The notes beneath the pieces are model-generated. The model was not told the origin of the DNA. It did no database searches and worked only from the letters and a program-made list of their open reading frames with translations. Positions 38,817 to 48,375 of a DNA stretch of 64,000 bases are shown here, piece after piece. A program made the translations under genes and the position numbers. The stretch is from positions 224,001 through 288,000 of the forward strand of contig CAXXVZ010000003.1 of NCBI GenBank assembly GCA_963678065.2. The letters run 5' to 3'. How positions within the stretch are numbered: position 1 is the stretch's first letter; every line of letters starts with the position of its first letter. The stretch comes from Treponemataceae bacterium (GTDB lineage Bacteria; Spirochaetota; Spirochaetia; Treponematales; Rectinemataceae).

Positions 38817-39451
38817 AACGATATCGATCAAAAGATTTTATGTTTTTATGGGAATATTCTCAAAGACTGATTGCGATTTTCCTACTTCTTCCTGCTTTTG
38901 CTATTATTCTACCAATTGGGTTAATTATTTTCTTGGTTTCTCCAGGAGCCATTTTGATCAAACAGCCTCGAGAAGGTAAAAATGGCACAATATTTAACAT
39001 GCTTAAGCTTCGGACAATGGTAGCAGATGCTGAAAATTATTTGCGGAAGTATCTCAAAGAAAATAAAACTGCGAACCAAGAGTGGATTACATATGGTAGG
39101 TTAATTGACGATCCCCGAATTGCTGGTCGGGTAGCAAAATTTGCAAGGCGCTTTAGTATCGATGAATTACCACAACTTCTAAATGTAGTTTGTGGAGAAA
39201 TGAATCTTGTCGGCCCTCGACCATTACCGCCTGAGATTGCGAGACTTATATCATCTTCAAATCTAGAAATACGACGTAAAGTTTTACCGGGTATAACTGG
39301 TCTTTGGCAGGTTTCAGGCCGTAGCGAATTGAAAATTTCAGAAATCGGTTTATTGGATAAAATATATGTAGAACGACATAACATTTTTTTTGATATAGGG
39401 ATTTTATTGCGTACAGTTTTAGTTGTGGTTTCTGGTAATGGAGCTTACTGA
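38813..39451 (+). CDS. phosphoglycosyl (priming sugar) transferase, PglC/WcaJ C-terminal type
   Basis: KLRTM, DDPRI, SIDELPQLLNV..GEMNLVGPRP, PGITGLWQVSGR. Confidence 0.93.
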   Translation: MKRYRSKDFMFLWEYSQRLIAIFLLLPAFAIILPIGLIIFLVSPGAILIKQPREGKNGTIFNMLKLRTMVADAENYLRKYLKENKTANQEWITYGRLIDDPRIAGRVAKFARRFSIDELPQLLNVVCGEMNLVGPRPLPPEIARLISSSNLEIRRKVLPGITGLWQVSGRSELKISEIGLLDKIYVERHNIFFDIGILLRTVLVVVSGNGAY

Positions 39452-39555
39452 AAGTAAGCGTCAAATTGATTTGGCTACAAGTCTAATAAGGAAGTCTAAA
39501 TTATACTTAAAATACGAAAAAATGTACTATGTTTAGTAAAATGAGGCAGTGAGTA

Positions 39556-40776
39556 ATGATGAATATTCTATATGTTACAGACGCGTGGCATGGATTTTCG
39601 GAAGCCTTGTTTAACGGAGCTACATCAATCAATGGGCTTCCTTCTTTTGGACATGTTCTTGAGAAGATTGTTACTGATGGTAATAATGTAGATTTAATTG
39701 TTATTAATAATAGTAATAGTGATATACAATTGAACATTGGTTTGCCATGGATAAAAGAAAAACAGATAATTAAAATAGTTAATTATCGACAAACAATCGC
39801 CAGTAAGATTAGAGCTGCCGCAGAATTAATTGCTTGCTGTTTTTCTGCTGTAATAAAGAAACGTTACGATTTTATATATGCGCATGGGCTGGTTGCTGGC
39901 TTATCTATATTCGCTGCGAGATTTAAAAGAATCCCATTTGGTCAAAGATTGTATGGGACATTTTTGTGGGATGAATACCTGAAGAATCCTAAAACGTTGA
40001 GTGAATACTCATTGCATAAAAAGTATTACGATATCATCGCTTATCGTTATAAAAAAGCATTTCTGCTCATTACAAATGACGGTTCTCGCGGCGATTTTGC
40101 ATATGATAAAATCTGTAAAGATAAAACAAAGTTTGAATTTTTATACTGGATTAACGGCGTGAACCGGCTGAATCTGACGGAAGAAGAATGCGAGTCTATA
40201 TATAAGAAATACAATATAAAAAGACCATTCATTTTTTATGTGGCAAGATTTGACCGATGGAAGAACCAGGACCGCATACTAAGAATCATTCGACGCATGA
40301 AGGATGAGGGGGTAAATATCAATTGCTATTTCGCGGGCGCTGTGACTATAAAAAGTTATTACGGCGAAATAGTGACGCTTGTAAAAGAACTTGACATTGA
40401 AGATCGAGTATATTTTCTCGGTAATCTCAATTATACTGAAATTTCCGCGTTGCACAGATTGTCAACAGCATCTCTCGCACTTTATAGCGTGTGTAATTTT
40501 ACAAACGTATTTCATGAGATGCTAGCAAATAGAGCTGTCACTATTGTGAGGAGAGACGGTATTGTCGACGATGTTATTAAAAATGGCGAAAATGGCTATA
40601 TTGTCGGTGACGATGATGGTGAAATAATTAATATTATTAAAAACTTACTCAGATCTCCGGTATCGAACGATCTTCGCCAAAATGCATTAAAAACATCTTT
40701 CCGATATACAAAAGATTGGAATACAAGAATTAACGAAGAGATTGCGCTTATAAAAAAATTCGCGAAAACAAAATAA
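39556..40776 (+). CDS. GT4 glycosyltransferase
   Basis: YVARFDRWKN, FHEMLA, IKNGENGYIV. Confidence 0.85.
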   Translation: MMNILYVTDAWHGFSEALFNGATSINGLPSFGHVLEKIVTDGNNVDLIVINNSNSDIQLNIGLPWIKEKQIIKIVNYRQTIASKIRAAAELIACCFSAVIKKRYDFIYAHGLVAGLSIFAARFKRIPFGQRLYGTFLWDEYLKNPKTLSEYSLHKKYYDIIAYRYKKAFLLITNDGSRGDFAYDKICKDKTKFEFLYWINGVNRLNLTEEECESIYKKYNIKRPFIFYVARFDRWKNQDRILRIIRRMKDEGVNINCYFAGAVTIKSYYGEIVTLVKELDIEDRVYFLGNLNYTEISALHRLSTASLALYSVCNFTNVFHEMLANRAVTIVRRDGIVDDVIKNGENGYIVGDDDGEIINIIKNLLRSPVSNDLRQNALKTSFRYTKDWNTRINEEIALIKKFAKTK

Positions 40777-40888
40777 AGGGCTTGTAACAAATGGCTATGT
40801 TTACCACATGTAGTGCTTGAACAGCTATTTCATCATATTTTTACCGGATAAGGCACTGGCACTATAGGCATGGTACGGATAGTCGCTA

Positions 40889-42029
40889 GTGTTCCGTCTT
40901 TTACAGATTGCCTAATAGCCCTTGGCAGTTGCAATGCTCGAAGAAATTTGTTCAGCAGATTTTACCCATTTGAATTTACGACCTGATGTATTCCAGCCTT
41001 TGATGAAATCGTCTATCGCCTTTTCAAGTTCATCAACACTGGTCCAACTATCGCGCCGAATTCGCTTAGTGGTGATTTCTCCAAACCAGCGTTCAACAAG
41101 ATTCAGCCATGAAGAATGTGTCGGTATGAAGTGCTCAACAAATCGACCATTCATCGAATCCAGATATTTCCTGACCTCTTGAGTTTTATGTGCAGAATAA
41201 TTATCCGCAACGATATGAAGCGTCTTTCCCTTAGGGCTCTTGCGATTGACCATCTTCAAGAAAGAAATATAGTCAGCTGCCTTGTGTTGTTCCTTGCAGT
41301 CGCCGATTACTTTCCCGCTCACGACATTTAATGCTGCAAAAAGCGTTGTTGTACCATGGCGATAGTAGTCGTGAGATTGACGTTCAGGAACACCGGGAAG
41401 CAACGGTAGAATCGGCTGCGATCGCTCTACGGCTTGAATCTGTGATTTCTCGTCCACACAAAGAACTATCGAGTTCTCGGGAGGATTGAGATACAAGCCG
41501 ACGACATCTTCCAGCTTCTTTTCAAAATCAGGATCGGTGCTGAATTGAAAATGCTTCACCAGATGGGGCTTTAGTCCTCGTTCGCGAAGAATGGTATTCA
41601 CCGAGGAATGCCCTATGCCAAGTTTTTTTGCCAACTCTCTCGTACTCCAATGCGTTCCCTGTTCAGGTTTTTCATTGCAGACAAGCGTACAAAGCTCATT
41701 CTTTACTTCGATTGGAATTGGCTGTTTCCCTGGTTTTCTTGTTTTGTCAGTGAGTAAGGACTTTAATCCGCCCTCATTGTACCGGTGGACATACCGGCTC
41801 ACCGTGACATTATTAATCCCAAGAAACGCTGCTGTGTCGTTCGTTGATCGGTTATGGGCTCTGCTTAGGACGGTTTGAAGACGTACAGCATATTTGTGCT
41901 GAATATCCCCGATAGCTAAAATCTTTTCCATAAGGATAACGTCTTCTTTGGTCGTGTTCGGTTTTACTTCTTTCGCCATGTGGTAAGTATAGCATACTTT
42001 TATTAGGTTGTCTGTATTGGACAGTACAC
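40889..42029 (-). mobile_element. IS630-family element, complete
   Basis: About 29-bp IRs GTGTTCCGTCTTTTACAGATTGCCTAATA / TATTAGGTTGTCTGTATTGGACAGTACAC; TA duplication in CTAG context. Confidence 0.93.
40912..41979 (-). CDS. IS630 transposase (intact, 355 aa)
   Basis: THWSTREL, CVDEKSQIQA, RHGTTTLF, ADNYSAHK, SWLNLVERWF. Confidence 0.95.
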   Translation of the reverse strand: MAKEVKPNTTKEDVILMEKILAIGDIQHKYAVRLQTVLSRAHNRSTNDTAAFLGINNVTVSRYVHRYNEGGLKSLLTDKTRKPGKQPIPIEVKNELCTLVCNEKPEQGTHWSTRELAKKLGIGHSSVNTILRERGLKPHLVKHFQFSTDPDFEKKLEDVVGLYLNPPENSIVLCVDEKSQIQAVERSQPILPLLPGVPERQSHDYYRHGTTTLFAALNVVSGKVIGDCKEQHKAADYISFLKMVNRKSPKGKTLHIVADNYSAHKTQEVRKYLDSMNGRFVEHFIPTHSSWLNLVERWFGEITTKRIRRDSWTSVDELEKAIDDFIKGWNTSGRKFKWVKSAEQISSSIATAKGY

Positions 42030-42142
42030 TAGTTTATCCTTTTCCTGAATGCTTTTTGATTTATACAGCAATACTACTTCGGGACATAAAAATGGAATAC
42101 CGTTATAGGTCAAACATATTTATCCTCTGCGCGGGAGCGTCA

Positions 42143-42250
42143 ATCTACCATACGCTTGACCGGTAATCCAGGCCCGGCGAGATTCTTGCTCCAAGGCTCA
42201 AGCAAGAATTTCGCCGGGGCGGATCGTCAAGGCTGAAACGATTGCCAGAT
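42143..42250 (-). other. degenerate integron attC site
   Basis: Minus strand ATCTGGC-AATCG-TTTCAGCC ... 18-bp stem-loop ... GGTCAAG-CGTAT-GGTAGAT; R''(7)-5-L''(8)...L'(7)-5-R'(7) geometry, 108 bp. Confidence 0.65.
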
Positions 42251-42962
42251 CGCCTCTCCTGATGCTAAATAATCCTCATAATACTTTTTTTTCATATGGT
42301 CAAATCCGCTCACTAATCCTATTCTATTGCATTCATTCAATATTTCTATACTGATTTCGATAAAACTGCTTATCATTTCATTTGAGAAGTACCCTAACAC
42401 TTTCATCTCAGTATTTGAGTAACCGGCGTGAATTATTTTGTTCCTCCACATCCCGATTTCCTTTCCGCTAAGAAAATCAATAAAATCAGCTGTTCTTGAC
42501 AATTCAATTATTGAAAATATTCTATTGTATTTTTCGCTATTTTTACAAAATAGCTCATTTTCCAGATATCTATTTTCTCCGTAGTATATCTCGCTTCTTT
42601 TATCTTCTTGTATCTCTCGTCTATATTTATTTTTGTAATGCCAGTTCACTAAATACAACCAAAGAAAATCTACGGCCACATGATTTATGTATCCATTTAA
42701 GAAGGATTTATTTCCATAGTCATTCATATCTTTGGCTCTTCAACGAATCGTGTGGGTAACCAAGGAAGCATGGTAGGATGAGCAGCATGAAAGACGTAGA
42801 ACTATTCGCCCTTGCGCTTGGATTATCTGAACCCTGGATTGTTGAGAACATAGAGTTCAAACCAACTGGAAATGGTAAACTGAATTCCCCAGCAGTTGGC
42901 AAATAGGATTCCCCACCCACAGGGGCCTTGGCCGCTATGCTTGCGAGCATGCGGCACAAGAA

Positions 42963-44510
42963 ATGAGTACCATGAAGGACTACAACATCGTACGAACAGG
43001 GCACAGGCAAGGACTCACAGTCAGCGCACTAGCGGTAAAACTTGGCAAGGACCGCAAGACCGTGAGAAAGTACCTGCGCATGGACAATGACCAATTCTTA
43101 CGGTATCTCGAGCGAATGGCAGAACGCGGTAAGGCTTTTTCGGTCTACAAGGACGAAATCCTCGAGATTTTTAAAAAGAACCACGAAGGCAGAATGGTCT
43201 ACTCATCGTCCGTCCACGACTACTTAAGCGAGAAATACGGAGAGCTTCCAGGCTCGGACCGTACGTTGCGGAACTACCTGACGTATCTCAAGGCATCCGG
43301 TGCGATTAAGGTGGGCCTGTGTCGGGAATATCGTCCTGTGGAGCCTCTGGCCTACGGCAAGCAGGCTCAGATTGATTTCGGCGTAGAGACGACGAACATC
43401 GGAAAGGCTTGGTTTGTTGTCGTAGTACTCTCACGAAGCCGTTACCGCTACGTAGCGGCCCAATCCAGGCCCTTTACCAGCGAGGATGTGATCGGCCATC
43501 TCCTGGACGCCTTCGAGTTTTTTGGCGGTATCACCGAAGAACTCGTCATGGATCAGGACCGGACAATGATTGTGACGGAAAACCTTGGCGACCTCACGAC
43601 GACAAAAGCCTTTGCTGAGTTCGTCGCAGAACAGGGACTGCGGCTCCGTGTCTGCCGTGCGGCCGATCCGGAATCGAAAGGAAAGGTCGAGAATGCGGTC
43701 AAATACGTCAAAACGAGCTATTTCTCGAGCCGCAGCTTCGCGACCTTCGACGAACTCCAGGCAGGCATGCGCAAATGGCTCTTACGAGTGAACGCAAAAC
43801 TGAGCCAAGCCACGCGTCTCATGCCGCTCGCGGACTTCGAAGCGCACGAGAAACCCGTCTTGCGGGCGCTCCGAGCGTCTATTTTCCGCGCGGACACCGC
43901 ATCGGGCTGCCGAGAGAGCCGTAACGTGGATCAGAAAAGCCTTATATCGATCGCCGCGACCAGGTACTCGGTGCCGAGCTCGTACCGGCTCAACGAGGTC
44001 ACTATCGAGCGCAAGGACGGACTCATCCTGGTATTCGATACGAAGACGGGTATCCAGATCGCGGCGCATCGCGAAGCGGCAACACCCGGCGGAACGGTGC
44101 TGGACAAGGCTCACTATCGCGATCGCGAAGGATCCCAGGAAACGCTCCGCGCGGATCTTGTCGCCGCAGTAGATGATCTTCCCGAGTGGGGGAGCTTCGT
44201 CGATGGTATCTATACCGAGTATCGACGCTACTTCCGGGAGCACGCTGGCCGACTTCGGAAGCTTCTCAAGCGCAACATCGACAGAGAGAAACTCGTGCTT
44301 GCATTGAAGTTCTGCCTGGATAGAGGACTTGCAAGCGCCCAGGATCTCATCGACGCGGTCAACAGCACGACGCCAGTGCCCGCAGTGGCGCCTTCGCCGT
44401 ACCGCGGCCTTCATCAAACCAGAGACCTTCCACTAGTTGCCACACGCTCGGTCAGCGAGTATCAGCGATTCCTCGACGCGCTCGTCGATACGCAGAGGCA
44501 CGAAGAATGA
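42963..44510 (+). CDS. istA: IS21 transposase IstA
   Basis: HTH (DRKTVRKYL), AQIDFG, LSRSR, VMDQD, ESKGKVEN, RYSVP. Confidence 0.95.
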   Translation: MSTMKDYNIVRTGHRQGLTVSALAVKLGKDRKTVRKYLRMDNDQFLRYLERMAERGKAFSVYKDEILEIFKKNHEGRMVYSSSVHDYLSEKYGELPGSDRTLRNYLTYLKASGAIKVGLCREYRPVEPLAYGKQAQIDFGVETTNIGKAWFVVVVLSRSRYRYVAAQSRPFTSEDVIGHLLDAFEFFGGITEELVMDQDRTMIVTENLGDLTTTKAFAEFVAEQGLRLRVCRAADPESKGKVENAVKYVKTSYFSSRSFATFDELQAGMRKWLLRVNAKLSQATRLMPLADFEAHEKPVLRALRASIFRADTASGCRESRNVDQKSLISIAATRYSVPSSYRLNEVTIERKDGLILVFDTKTGIQIAAHREAATPGGTVLDKAHYRDREGSQETLRADLVAAVDDLPEWGSFVDGIYTEYRRYFREHAGRLRKLLKRNIDREKLVLALKFCLDRGLASAQDLIDAVNSTTPVPAVAPSPYRGLHQTRDLPLVATRSVSEYQRFLDALVDTQRHEE

Positions 44511-45247
44511 GCGCCCTCGCAGAATCCGCTCGTAAACTGGAGTCCCTGCGGCTTCGTGGCGCGTCGTCACGGCTTCCTGAGCTTCTTAAACAAGCTGAAA
44601 GCGGGGGACTGACATGCCTTGCCTTCCTCGAGACCCTCGTGGACGTCGAACTACAGGATCGCGGCGACAGGCGCCTCAAACGAGGCCTCGCCATGGCCCA
44701 TTTTCCCGTCGTAAAGCGCCTCGAGGATTTCAAACTCGGCCGAGTAGCAGGAATTGGAAAACGAGACCTCTCTGAGCTCACCGAGTGCTCTTGGATAGAC
44801 CGTCACGAGAACCTTCTGCTCTTCGGGCCTCCTGGACTCGGAAAGACCCATCTCGCAATCGCTCTTGGCCATGTGGCCGTACGCAAAGGCTATTCGGTTT
44901 GTTACGAGCGCATGACCTCACTGGTGAAGCTCCTCGTGCGCTCTGACGCCGCACGCAGCGCTCAGTTCAGGCTAAGCCGGCTCGCGAAGGCCAACCTCAT
45001 GATCATTGATGAGATTGGCTACACTCCTATCGAGCGCAAGGAAGCCAATCTCTTTTTCACCTTCGTCTCGGATCTCTATGAACGTGCCTCTATCGTCGTG
45101 ACGAGCAACAAGGACCTGAACTCTTGGTCAGAACTCATGGGCGACGAGGTTATGACCGCAGCCCTGTTGGATCGTCTCATGCATCACGCAAAGATTTTCT
45201 CCCTGTCAGGGGAGTCATATCGCATCTCTGCAAAGAAGGAGGAATAA
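44507..45247 (+). CDS. istB: IS21 helper ATPase IstB
   Basis: GPPGLGKTHLA, IIDEIGY, TSN, LLDRLMHH, GESYR. Confidence 0.96.
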   Translation: MSALAESARKLESLRLRGASSRLPELLKQAESGGLTCLAFLETLVDVELQDRGDRRLKRGLAMAHFPVVKRLEDFKLGRVAGIGKRDLSELTECSWIDRHENLLLFGPPGLGKTHLAIALGHVAVRKGYSVCYERMTSLVKLLVRSDAARSAQFRLSRLAKANLMIIDEIGYTPIERKEANLFFTFVSDLYERASIVVTSNKDLNSWSELMGDEVMTAALLDRLMHHAKIFSLSGESYRISAKKEE

Positions 45248-45826
45248 CCCTCTACCGGGTGGGGATTCCTAGTTGCCATATGGTGGGGAAAACTACTTGC
45301 CATTTCCAACCAACAGAACATCGGCTTGATATACAGCTTGGGTTCAAGCCCGGGAGTCGTTTTCCGTGTTTTTCCTGCGATTACAAGGGTACAGCCTACG
45401 ATACGATGCCCAAAACATGGCGTCACCTCAATTTTTTCCAGCATGAAGCCTATCTGCATGCACGAGTTCCGCGGATAGACTGTCCTGAGCATGGCGTTCA
45501 TCTGATTGATATCCCGTGGGCGCGTAAAGGATCGGGATTTACCCTGCTGTACGAAGCCCTCATGATGATCATGGTCAAGGAAATGAGCGTCAAGGCAGTT
45601 TCCAGACTGACAGCTACCACCGATACGCGAGTGTGGCGAATTATGGACCATTATGTTTCCGAAGACGTGGCTACACAAGATTTATCGAAAACCACACGAA
45701 TCGGAATCGACGAAACAGCAGCCAAACGCGGACACTCATACATCACCGTTGTGGCCGATCTCGATACAGGGAAAGCCATATATGTGACCGAAGGCAAGGA
45801 TGCATCCACTATAAAAGCCTTTACAG

Positions 45827-47555
45827 CCTGAATTCCCAAACATTTATACCAATGCAGGAACCTCGACTCCTAGTGCGGAATAGAGTGACTTTTGTTTTTT
45901 AGTCATCTCTCCACAATGCAGTCTGTGTCCAGGATGTTCAAAACATTCAATGACATCCAACTCATCCAAGAGTTCATGCATCGTCATCGTTTTATAGAGC
46001 TTTTGATCGCTCATTGCCTTATCAATGTACGACAGGTAGATGAGCGCCATGAACTGAACAAAGAGCTTGCCTTCAAGGTGCTGTTCCGATGAAACTGAGG
46101 TTCGTCGCATTGAGAGTCGCTCTTTCAGGTTGTGAAAAGCCTTCTCGGCCAGATCTTTTAATCGATAGATTCCAAGCGCTTCGAGGGGATCCTTTATATC
46201 ATTCGACAAGAGCACAAAGTATCCATAGTCTTTTTCTACCGTGCTAATCGCCTCTTGTTTGGGCACAATCACTGTTCCGCGTACCGGCGTCGTACTGATG
46301 TCGTAATACTTTTGGTATAAGGTTTCGTGCTCTGGTGTTCGCCGATTTGACATGATTTCTTCTTCAAGCGTATCAAGCAGAGCATTGAATACTGTCTTGT
46401 CATCGACTGCCTTTTGGTCATCAAAGTACAGATGAAGATAGACTCTTCGCGTTCCGGTTTCTGTTGCTCCTGATCGAGGTTTCTTTACTTTATACGACCA
46501 TTCGATGGTTTTACTGTAATAATTGATTCCGTATTCAGAGCTATAGCACGACCTTGTTTTCATCGAATCCCGAACGTCATCGAGTACCCGCTGAACGAAG
46601 CGAAGCGTCTTTTTAGCGCCAATCAAGAACTTGTAATGCTTTTCAAATAAAGCATTTATGTTGTCTTCACTATAGAAGCCACGATCCATGACAAGTTTTA
46701 CCTTGTCGATTTCCAGAAATGAAAGATCGTCAATTAACCGTCGTACGGTCGTAACATCATTGATATTGCCAGCAAGCTTTCTATAGTAGACGGGTAGTTG
46801 TGATGATTGCCCAAACAATAATGCGAGGTTGATCTGTGCAAGCGGTTCGTGATCTTTGTTCCTCCCATAGCGTACCTGCTTAATAAGCTCGGAATACGAT
46901 GATATGGAAGTCGTATCATAGGCAAGGTATTCTTTTTCAAGCCTCCTTTTTGCCTGCAGCAGAAAGAATTTTTGTTTTACATCTTCCGTTATAGCACCGA
47001 AGAAATCGCTTGACCTTTGGGATGGAATTGATTCCCCATAGGGATGACGATGATTTTGTGCCCATCGTGGAAAGCGATTTAGCGGATTCTTGTCCTCCAG
47101 AATAAGGTAATAAGCGATGGAAAGCAGTTGCTTCCAAAATTCAGGGAAACAGGTTTTTATATCGTCGGTAATACCAAGCTTTTTTCCGATCTGGTCAAAT
47201 AGGTAGGTCGCTCCATAAAACTGTCGAGTACTCAATGCAATTGGAACAGGGCCTGGTTTCTTTTCCTTTTCTGCTTCGAGCTCACGCTCAAGAAGATATT
47301 TTTTATTGGGGACAAAGACAGTGTCGACCATTTTCCCAATATACTTTCGCGTATGCTTTGCGTTCTTTATAGCATTATCCCACGATGCACGATCTTCATA
47401 GACGTATGATATGCCATTGATATTCTGGGTTCTTTGTGGCATGAGATTCTCCTACATTGTTATATATTATACCAATGCTTGGAATCTGTACACTGTTATT
47501 TCATTATATTAGTTGCTTTTATTTTTCCCTTGGTATAATTTTCCGGGAATCCAGG
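45827..47555 (-). mobile_element. IS1634-family element, complete
   Basis: IRs CCTGAATTCCC / GGGAATCCAGG; 6-bp TSD TTACAG. Confidence 0.92.
45844..47442 (-). CDS. IS1634 transposase (532 aa)
   Basis: AYDTTSISSYS, YGRNKD, GNINDV, VMDRGFYS, YRLKDLAEKAFHNLK. Confidence 0.92.
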   Translation of the reverse strand: MPQRTQNINGISYVYEDRASWDNAIKNAKHTRKYIGKMVDTVFVPNKKYLLERELEAEKEKKPGPVPIALSTRQFYGATYLFDQIGKKLGITDDIKTCFPEFWKQLLSIAYYLILEDKNPLNRFPRWAQNHRHPYGESIPSQRSSDFFGAITEDVKQKFFLLQAKRRLEKEYLAYDTTSISSYSELIKQVRYGRNKDHEPLAQINLALLFGQSSQLPVYYRKLAGNINDVTTVRRLIDDLSFLEIDKVKLVMDRGFYSEDNINALFEKHYKFLIGAKKTLRFVQRVLDDVRDSMKTRSCYSSEYGINYYSKTIEWSYKVKKPRSGATETGTRRVYLHLYFDDQKAVDDKTVFNALLDTLEEEIMSNRRTPEHETLYQKYYDISTTPVRGTVIVPKQEAISTVEKDYGYFVLLSNDIKDPLEALGIYRLKDLAEKAFHNLKERLSMRRTSVSSEQHLEGKLFVQFMALIYLSYIDKAMSDQKLYKTMTMHELLDELDVIECFEHPGHRLHCGEMTKKQKSLYSALGVEVPALV

Positions 47556-48375
47556 TTACAGAGCATCTGGAAGCCCATGGAGGCTCGAAAACTGCTATCA
47601 CGGACGTCTGTACCGATATGTCGCCGGCGTTCATGTCCGGGATCGAAGAGCATCTTCCCCAGGCTGCTCTCACGTTTGATCGGTTTCATGTCATGAAGCT
47701 TCTGGGTGAAGCAGTCAACGACGTGCGGAAAGAAGAATCAACGATGGAAACGGTACTCAGAGGTTCGAAATATGTCTGGTTGAGCAACCCCTACAATCTG
47801 TCGGTTAAGAATTTGGCCCGTCTCAACACCTTGTCAGGATTACAGTTAAAAACAGGGCGAGCATGGCGAATGATGAACATTTTCAAGGGACTTTTCGAAT
47901 TCTCGGCTTCTCGAGCCATAGAAGAACTTAAAAAATGGAGAGTATGGGCAACACGATCACAGCTTACCCCAATCATCAATTTTGCTGCGATGCTCAAACG
48001 ACACTGGAATGGAGTCGTTCGGTGGCTTACATCCGGAGTGACAAATGGGCTTCTTGAATCGTTGAATAGTCTGATTCAGTCAGCAAAGACCAGAGCCAGA
48101 GGATTCCGAACTATCAAAAATCTCAAGATCATGACCTACATTGTCGCCGGTAAACTGGGGCAGTTACCCACATGAAACAGCGAAGAGCCATATCTTTTTT
48201 AAATTTTTCAATAGCAGAAAACCTCCCTTCGATCGTCTTTCCTTAATGAAATGTATTTTTCTTTTATCGTCTCTTGTTGAATTTTTCCGGCAATGAATCG
48301 CATCGGGCGAGATAGAACCAATCAAATACTGGTCTCTGTCATTTTTATTTTCTTCCATGCGATCTGCAATTGCTA

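Larger units (their letters stand above)
40790..42117 (-). pseudogene. decayed nucleotidyltransferase-like gene (probable second integron cassette), split by IS630
   Basis: AGAGGA RBS and ATG TTT GAC just after attC, then NGIPFLCPEVVLLYKSKSIQEKD resembling the GIPYLxPEIVLLYKxK..KD motif of small nucleotidyltransferases. Confidence 0.5.
42867..45308 (+). mobile_element. IS21-family element, complete
   Basis: IRs TGGAAATGGTAAACTGAATTCCCCA / TGGGGAAAACTACTTGCCATTTCCA with internal repeats; 6-bp TSD ACCAAC. Confidence 0.95.
42734..48189 (+). mobile_element. ISL3-family element carrying nested IS21 and IS1634
   Basis: IRs GGCTCTTCAACGAATCGTGTGGGTAAC / GTTACCCACATGAAACAGCGAAGAGCC; 8-bp TSD ATATCTTT; transposase pieces 42778-42866, 45315-45826, 47562-48175 rejoin in frame (about 404 aa; GIDET, TDMS, DRFH, TNGLLESLN). 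Confidence 0.95.
42227..48374 (-). pseudogene. zinc-dependent phospholipase C-like (HxxxD) gene, interrupted by ISL3 and cut by ISAzo13
   Basis: LAIADRM..YLIGSISPDAIH (48190-48374) joins MNDY..FLNGYINHVAVDFLW (42227-42733) across the ISL3 TSD; extra frameshift near 48240. Confidence 0.7.
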
